Source of the DNA: Zootoca vivipara
Lineage: Eukaryota
Assembly: GCF_963506605.1 (NCBI RefSeq)
Contig: NC_083276.1
Location: forward strand, 28,458,001 to 28,522,000
DNA length: 64,000 bases
Reading direction: 5' to 3'
Shown: positions 58,232-64,000 of the stretch, one piece after another
How positions within the stretch are numbered: position 1 is the stretch's first letter
Layout: the number at the start of each line of letters is the position of its first letter
The notes under the pieces: model-generated
Databases searched by the model: none
Seen by the model: the letters and a program-made list of their open reading frames with translations, nothing else
What the model was told of the DNA's origin: nothing
Made by a program: the position numbers and the translations under genes

Positions 58232-59684
58232 AGCTGTTAATCATTAATGAGGAGAAAAGAAAACTGGCTATATGTGTCCCTATCCCTTCTGTTGTCATCC
58301 AGTAACACACACCTGCTTCTGGCATCTAATCTTTAAATCTTTGCTTCTTGACCTTTGAAGTGATCGCCATATATTTGCCAGAGGCATCACTGCTATGTGC
58401 TACTCTGACCAGACTGGCTTCTCAAGCAATAAGAATCATACTAATTTCTGCTCTTGGCATGCGTCCCAAATCAGATAAAGGGAGGGGATAGGAAATACCT
58501 TTACTCTGCTGCAGACTCTATAGTGATATTCTCTCTCTCTCAACATGATATAAGGCCAGAGCACACCCTATTAGCTAATATAGAATGGAAACAATATTGG
58601 AGGATGGTATATATCACGATCAGGCAGGTTTCCTTCCTGGGAGACAAATGAAGGATAATATAAGAAATATCATAGATGTGATAGAATACTTGGAAGAAAG
58701 AAATGAAAAGCAGGCAGCATTGATATTTATAGATGGTGAAAAAGCGTTTGATAATGTTTCATGGGAATTTATGAAAAAAGTCATTGAAGAAATTAATTTT
58801 GGAGAAAATTTTAGGAAAGATGCAAGCAATATATTCTGATCAAAAAGCCAAATTAATTGTAAATCAGGTGGTAACAGATCATTGTAAGATACAGAAAGGA
58901 ACAAGACAGGGATGTCCATTATAACCTTTCTTATTTATTTTGATTCTAGTCCTGATGAGAAATATCAAGGCAGATGAAACCATTAGAGGAATTATGGTGG
59001 AGAAAAAGACATATAAATTAAAGGTATATGCAGATGACCTTGTAATTACAATCGAGGACCCTAAGAACTCTCTCTCGAAAGTTTTAGAAAAAAATAGAGG
59101 AATTTGGGCAAGTGGCAGGTTTTAAGTTGAATAAAAATAAGACAGCTGTTAGTGAAAAAATCTATCAAAAATGATAAAAAAGAACTACAGCAGAATATAG
59201 CAATAGAGATCCATAAAAAAGTTAAATATATAGGAATTTGGTTGACAACCAAAAATATTAACATTATTGAAGACAATTATGAAAAAAATTGGAATGAAAT
59301 AAAAAGGAATTTAGAAATATGGGGAAGAATGAACTTATCATTGTTAGGAAGAATTGCAGTGATTAAGATGAGCATATTGCCAAAAATGTTATTTTGATTT
59401 CAGTCAGTTCCGGTTATAAGTACTGTAATGCAGCATGCTTCAAGAAATGGCAAAGGGCTATTACAAAATTTATCTGGAAAGGGAAGAAACGAAGAATAAA
59501 ATATAAATTACTTATGGACATTAAAGACAGAGGTTTCTCCCTTCCAGATTTTAAATTATATTACGAAGCTGCTTGCATTGCTTGGATCCAGGACTGGAAT
59601 AAATTAGAAAATGTTGATTTGTTAGATCTTGAAGGACATGAGAACAGATTTGGATGGCATGCGTATTTGTGGTATGATAAAGGG

Positions 59685-59734
59685 CCCCAGAGTCAGTCAC
59701 GACTGAACCTAATGGTCAGGGGTCCCTTTACCTT
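59685..59734 (+). mobile_element. 50-bp Sauria SINE tail inside the L1 relic
   Basis: ccccagagtcagtcacgact...ccctttacctt; TSD TAAAGGG. Confidence 0.8.
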
Positions 59735-60551
59735 TAAAGGGAAAGTGCATAAAGGATTTTACAATCATATAATCAGGAGATCACTTCTGAAAGTCTGGGA
59801 AAGATAAAAAGATTTATTAGATTAGTTGTCACCAACAAAAGCAACATCAATTAAAAAAATAAATAGGAAAGAAGAATGGCTTACATATTGAGATCTCTTA
59901 ATATAAATAGAAGGGAAATTAAAATTGAAAGATTTTGAAGAGATTCGAGAATATGTCAATGACTGGTTGCAGTATTTCCAAGTAAATGAGATATTTAAAG
60001 ATAAAAAGAAAGGATTCAGTTATACTCTGTCTAGATTTCAAAGAGAAATTGTATATGACTATACCAAAATATTGAAGACAATATACATCCTTTTCACACA
60101 CAAAGACAACAGGTTGCACGTTTACATATAAATCAAATAAGGTCTTCCTGGCATTACAGCCAAGAGGCAATTAAACTGACACAGAGACATCCATCCTAAA
60201 AGGAGCCCCAGTACATTCCTAGGATGCTGGAGTTTGGCTCATCCCAGAATGCTCCGTGTTTCATGAACCAAAGTTTTTAAACATACACAGAAATTTCCCC
60301 CAATTTCACTACAATGGGAAATAAAAGATGAAGAGGTCAAATGTGTTATGATTAAATGGGCACAAGATTTAGGACATAATATACAAATGAAAGATTGGGG
60401 GGAACTATGGAAAGTGGATTTAAAATTTACTGATTGTACAACTCTGAGAGAGAATTACAGTATATGAAAATGATTTATCGATGGTATATGACACCTGTTA
60501 AACTTGCAAAAATGTATAGAACAAGTTCCAATAAGTGCTGGAAGTGTAAAG

Positions 60552-60687
60552 AAGGCATCCCCAAACTTCGATCCTCCAGATGTTTTGGACTACAATTCCT
60601 ATCTTCCCCGACCACTGGTCCTGTTAGCTAGGGATCATGGGAGTTGTAGGCCAAAACACCTGGAGGGCCACAGTTTGGGGATGCCTG
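60552..60687. mobile_element. Palindromic hAT MITE inside the L1 relic
   Basis: Same family, flanked by TGTAAAGA repeats. Confidence 0.85.
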
Positions 60688-60707
60688 TAAAGATAAATAA
60701 TTTACAT

Positions 60708-60711
<4 letters not shown>

Positions 60712-60747
<36 letters not shown>
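60712..60747 (+). repeat. (AAT)n microsatellite
   Basis: About 12 AAT units; similar tract at about 61770-61809. Confidence 0.9.
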
Positions 60748-60748
<1 letters not shown>

Positions 60749-61775
60749 TGTTTATACCCCGCCCATCTGGCTGGATTTCCCCATTTTATCAAATCTGGTG
60801 ATCAAAAACAATTGGGAAATGATATATAATGAATTGAAGATGTTTTAAATAACTTTTGTTAAAAAAACCAGAAGCTTTTTTGTTAGGCATTATAGGACAG
60901 GAATTGCCAAAGGAGCGGAAGAAGTTATTCATGTATGCTACAATGGCGGCTACGATTCTATTAGCTCAAAAATGGAAAGATGACAAGATTCCAAAGAAAG
61001 GAGAATGGCAAGTCAAACTTACGGAATAGTCAGAAATGGCAAAACTCACGGGAATACTCAGAGACCATGATAATATTGGGAACCGTTCATGTTGTATCTA
61101 CAGAAATATTGTAAAGAAATGGACTCACTAGCAGCGTTACACTTACAATTAAGAAAACAACTGTAAAGGTTAAGAAACAAGAATATGGAAATTAATCAAG
61201 TGTAAGATGCAGTTTGAAAGAAAATTTGGTATAAGAGCATTTAGCTAAAAGATAATAAAAATAAGATAAAAATTAAGCAGAACTAGCAAATATTTAAAGA
61301 ACCAGAAGGGGAAGTTGAGGGAAGTCACGGGGTGGGGTGTTTCAGTTTCTTTTATTTTTTTCTATTATATGATAAACGTGTTGTACAGTATATTAAATTG
61401 TAAAATCTAATAAAAAGTATATAAAAAATTATATAAAAAATACTGGTGAGCATTTTAATCTGTTTCAGTATTATAACTTTTAATTTTTAAAAAAAGTATT
61501 GTATTTTTTTCTTGATTTTTTCTTGATTTTATTATTCTGTCTTTTCGTAAACTGCTTTGAGGTTTGTTTGTTTACAATCAAGCAGTGTATAAAATGTTTT
61601 GTCGCCTGAGGTGGCCGCTTCACTCTGCCTCGTGAGCGGGTCAGCCGGCCTTCTCTGTAATAATGCAACCACACATAGTTCCTAATACTTTACTGTAACA
61701 CGTGTAAGTGTGGAATACCCCATCTCACCCGCAGACTGTTCGCTTGTTCAAAAAGCTTTGATGATAATCCTAATA

Positions 61776-61809
<34 letters not shown>

Positions 61810-62039
61810 GCAGCTTCTTCAAAAAAAAAACCACAAAAGCTTCCGGCTCCACTTTGACAAAGAACGAATCGCCTGTCCGGGATCCATACCGGCAGAGCAT
61901 GAAACAGAAAGGTCATTTCAGGTGGCAGCGTCGTCTTGGCAACCTCAATCTCAGCCAGGAGAGTTGAAATTAGTTTATTTCAAAAATAAACATTTCAGTA
62001 GGAAAGAGATCAAAGGCCAAACGGGGTTTAAATTCAATG

Positions 62040-62511
62040 CATCGTTCCGTGGCATCCTAAGGCCGGACTCGAACCGCCTCGGACAACCTCCACAGCAGCT
62101 CGCCGTCGGCGGCCTGACCAGCCTCTGCTCCTCCTTCACGGGGCGATTAGTGCTAGCCCCGCCCCCTCTCCGCAACGATTGGACCGTCCTTCTTGACCCC
62201 GCCCCGAAACCGACATCGCTTTCTTAGTGATTGGCCCTCTCGATTCTCGGGGCGCCGAGCCGCCTAGTTTACGCGTCTGGGTCCCGCCGCCCGGCTAGAC
62301 TTTCGAAGGCGTTGCCACTCTGCGCGCCCCGCCACCCCTACCCCGCCATGTCAGTGTAGTAATGCGCTCCGACCTCGCCCCGCGGTGACGTTCCCGCCTG
62401 CCATTGGCGGACGCTTCCGGCTGCGTTTCCGGTGCGATATTACCAAGGCAGGGACGGGCGGTGGTTGGTTTCTAGGCTGTTGGCCGGGGACTGACTGACG
62501 GAGCCGGCAAG
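62040..62511 (+). promoter_or_regulatory. SPTLC2 CpG-island promoter
   Basis: Several CCCGCCCC GC boxes, inverted CCAAT boxes (GATTGG near 62177 and 62229), TGACGT, and ETS-like TTCCGG near 62415 and 62427. Confidence 0.75.
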
Positions 62512-62640
62512 ATGAAGCGCGGCGCCGAGAAGCTGAGCGGGCAGCCCCGCGCCAACGGCTGCAGCCTCACCGGGCACCACGGCGGCGGCCTGAAGAACGG
62601 CTACGTGAGAGGCTTCCCAGGAGCAGAGCCCCATGGCCAG
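62512..62640 (+). CDS. SPTLC2: Serine palmitoyltransferase 2, exon 1 (gene continues beyond the window)
   Basis: MKRGAEKLSGQPRANGC...LKNGYVRGFPGAEPHGQ|gtgagg; RANGC...NGYVR...GQ matches vertebrate SPTLC2 exon 1 as I recall it; CpG island; synteny with ALKBH1. Confidence 0.85.
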
Positions 62641-63898
62641 GTGAGGCGGGTCGACGGGGCGCCTCTGCCGCGGCGCGCCCTGCTGCTGCTGCTCCTGCCG
62701 CCGAGCGGCCCCTCCCCAGATCCGAACCCAGGCCGCGGCCTGCTCGGTCCCGGCTCGCGTCCCGTTGGGCCGAAGTCTCGCCTCAGGGCGAGGTTCTTGG
62801 TCTGGGCCGCGCTTGCCTCTGGCGTCCCCCGCTGTGGGGGAGAATGATGGCCTCGAGCGACACAGAGGCTCCTTTGGCTGGCTCTGCCCGCCCGCCTGCC
62901 CTGCCCTCTTTGGCGTGGCCGAGAGGAACGCTCGATGCTGGCAGAGTCAGGCGACTCCCCGCTCCAGGGAGGGACGGAGGGAAGCAAAAGTGCCTTTTCT
63001 TCCTCTTATTTTCCTCGAGGGGACGGAGAGTTAATCTAACCCAGGGCTGGCGTCCTTCCCTTTCCTTCCTTCCCTCCTTCCCTTTCTCTGCGGCTTTGGA
63101 AGCCCAGGATGATTTCCGCAGGGACACACGCACACTTCGTGTCTCGAAATTAACTCCCCTGGTTTCCTCTTCGCATTCAAGAAGGGGAAGAAGGGAGGAG
63201 TTCAGCGCCGGCCTTACTGGCTGCTTTCAGTGAGGTTTCCAGGCTTACTCTCTTCCGAAGCTGGAAGGCGAGTCTCCTTCACCCCCATTCCAATGCATCC
63301 TGATTAATAAAGGATGGCACGAGGGCAGGCCTGACACACGCACGCACACACACACCATGGTCTTCTTTGCCCGAGCTTCATATTCAGATCAACGGGAAAG
63401 CCCCAGAACAGGGGTGGTAGTGGCGGGAATTAGCAGAAGGGTAAGTTATGGTCCCCAGTTATGGTCCCCAGTGATGAGACTCCGGTATCTAGGCTTCAGT
63501 AAGTCACAGGGCCAGGTAAGAAGGGGATCTGCCACCTATTTAATCCTTTTTATTTAACTGCATTCACAGCATTTCAGGCCTGAAGCTCTGTTTCTTCTTC
63601 TATAGTTTAGTTGGGAGGGGGTGTTTCACAGGGGTGCAGCCCTCTGAATTGGCATGCTGTGTGTGTGTGTGTGGTAAAACAAAAAAGAAACACTGAATTT
63701 CTAATTAAGGCCACATTTTGGTGCTTTATATAAAAACCATGAATCCTGTTACACAGTTTACTGTGTGTATTACTTATTTCTGGAAATGATGCTTGAAATT
63801 GAAGTGTGTTTAGTAGTTGTACTACTTTTTATATCTTAAGATGTTCTGGCCATTATTGACAGTTTGGTTATGATTTATTGTGTTTTGCTGCTTTTCTT

Positions 63899-64000
63899 AG
63901 AATCATAGAATCATAGAGTTGGAAGAGACCACAAGGGCCAAGCAGGAAACACCATCAAAACATTATTGACATATGGCTGTCAAGCCTCTGCTTAAAGACC
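63899..64000 (-). mobile_element. CR1 3' end (continues beyond the window)
   Basis: agaatcatagaatcatagagttggaagagaccacaagggcca. Confidence 0.75.

Larger units (their letters stand above)
58585..61440 (+). mobile_element. Degenerate L1 ORF2 3' part with nested insertions
   Basis: HDQAGFLPGRQMKDNIRN, YADD, RFGWHAYLW, RWYMTP, KCWKCKE with stops and frameshifts; A-rich tail near 61410-61440. Confidence 0.9.

Overview
Vertebrate genomic DNA from a squamate, most likely a lacertid lizard (inferred from the Sauria SINE, tRNA-Lys/CR1-tail SINE, BovB and palindromic hAT MITE content). It is the conserved SNW1-SLIRP-ALKBH1-SPTLC2 block. SNW1 (+, 14 coding exons, 3361-22582, 536 aa), SLIRP (-, 4 exons, 27663-23076, 101 aa, not resolved by the ORF track) and ALKBH1 (+, 6 exons, 27770-39283, 370 aa) are complete. 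Only exon 1 of SPTLC2 is present (+, 62512-62640). SLIRP and ALKBH1 are head-to-head with 106 bp between start codons, and the predicted 3' ends of SNW1 and SLIRP overlap. Introns and intergenic DNA are dense with often nested elements: a young L1-clade LINE with intact 1251-aa ORF2 and a 17-bp TSD, older L1s, BovB, RTE, CR1, L2, SINEs, hAT, Tigger and Tc1 MITEs, and a probable 77-bp Helitron. The most notable signal is a set of miniature Penelope-like insertions with 13-14 bp TSDs. Two of them carry minimal type I hammerhead ribozyme motifs: a retrozyme-like 181-nt tandem unit with a perfect 124-bp inverted repeat in ALKBH1 intron 1, and an intact sense-strand hammerhead about 530 nt downstream of the ALKBH1 stop. 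All coordinates were read by hand; family names come from recall and need database confirmation.
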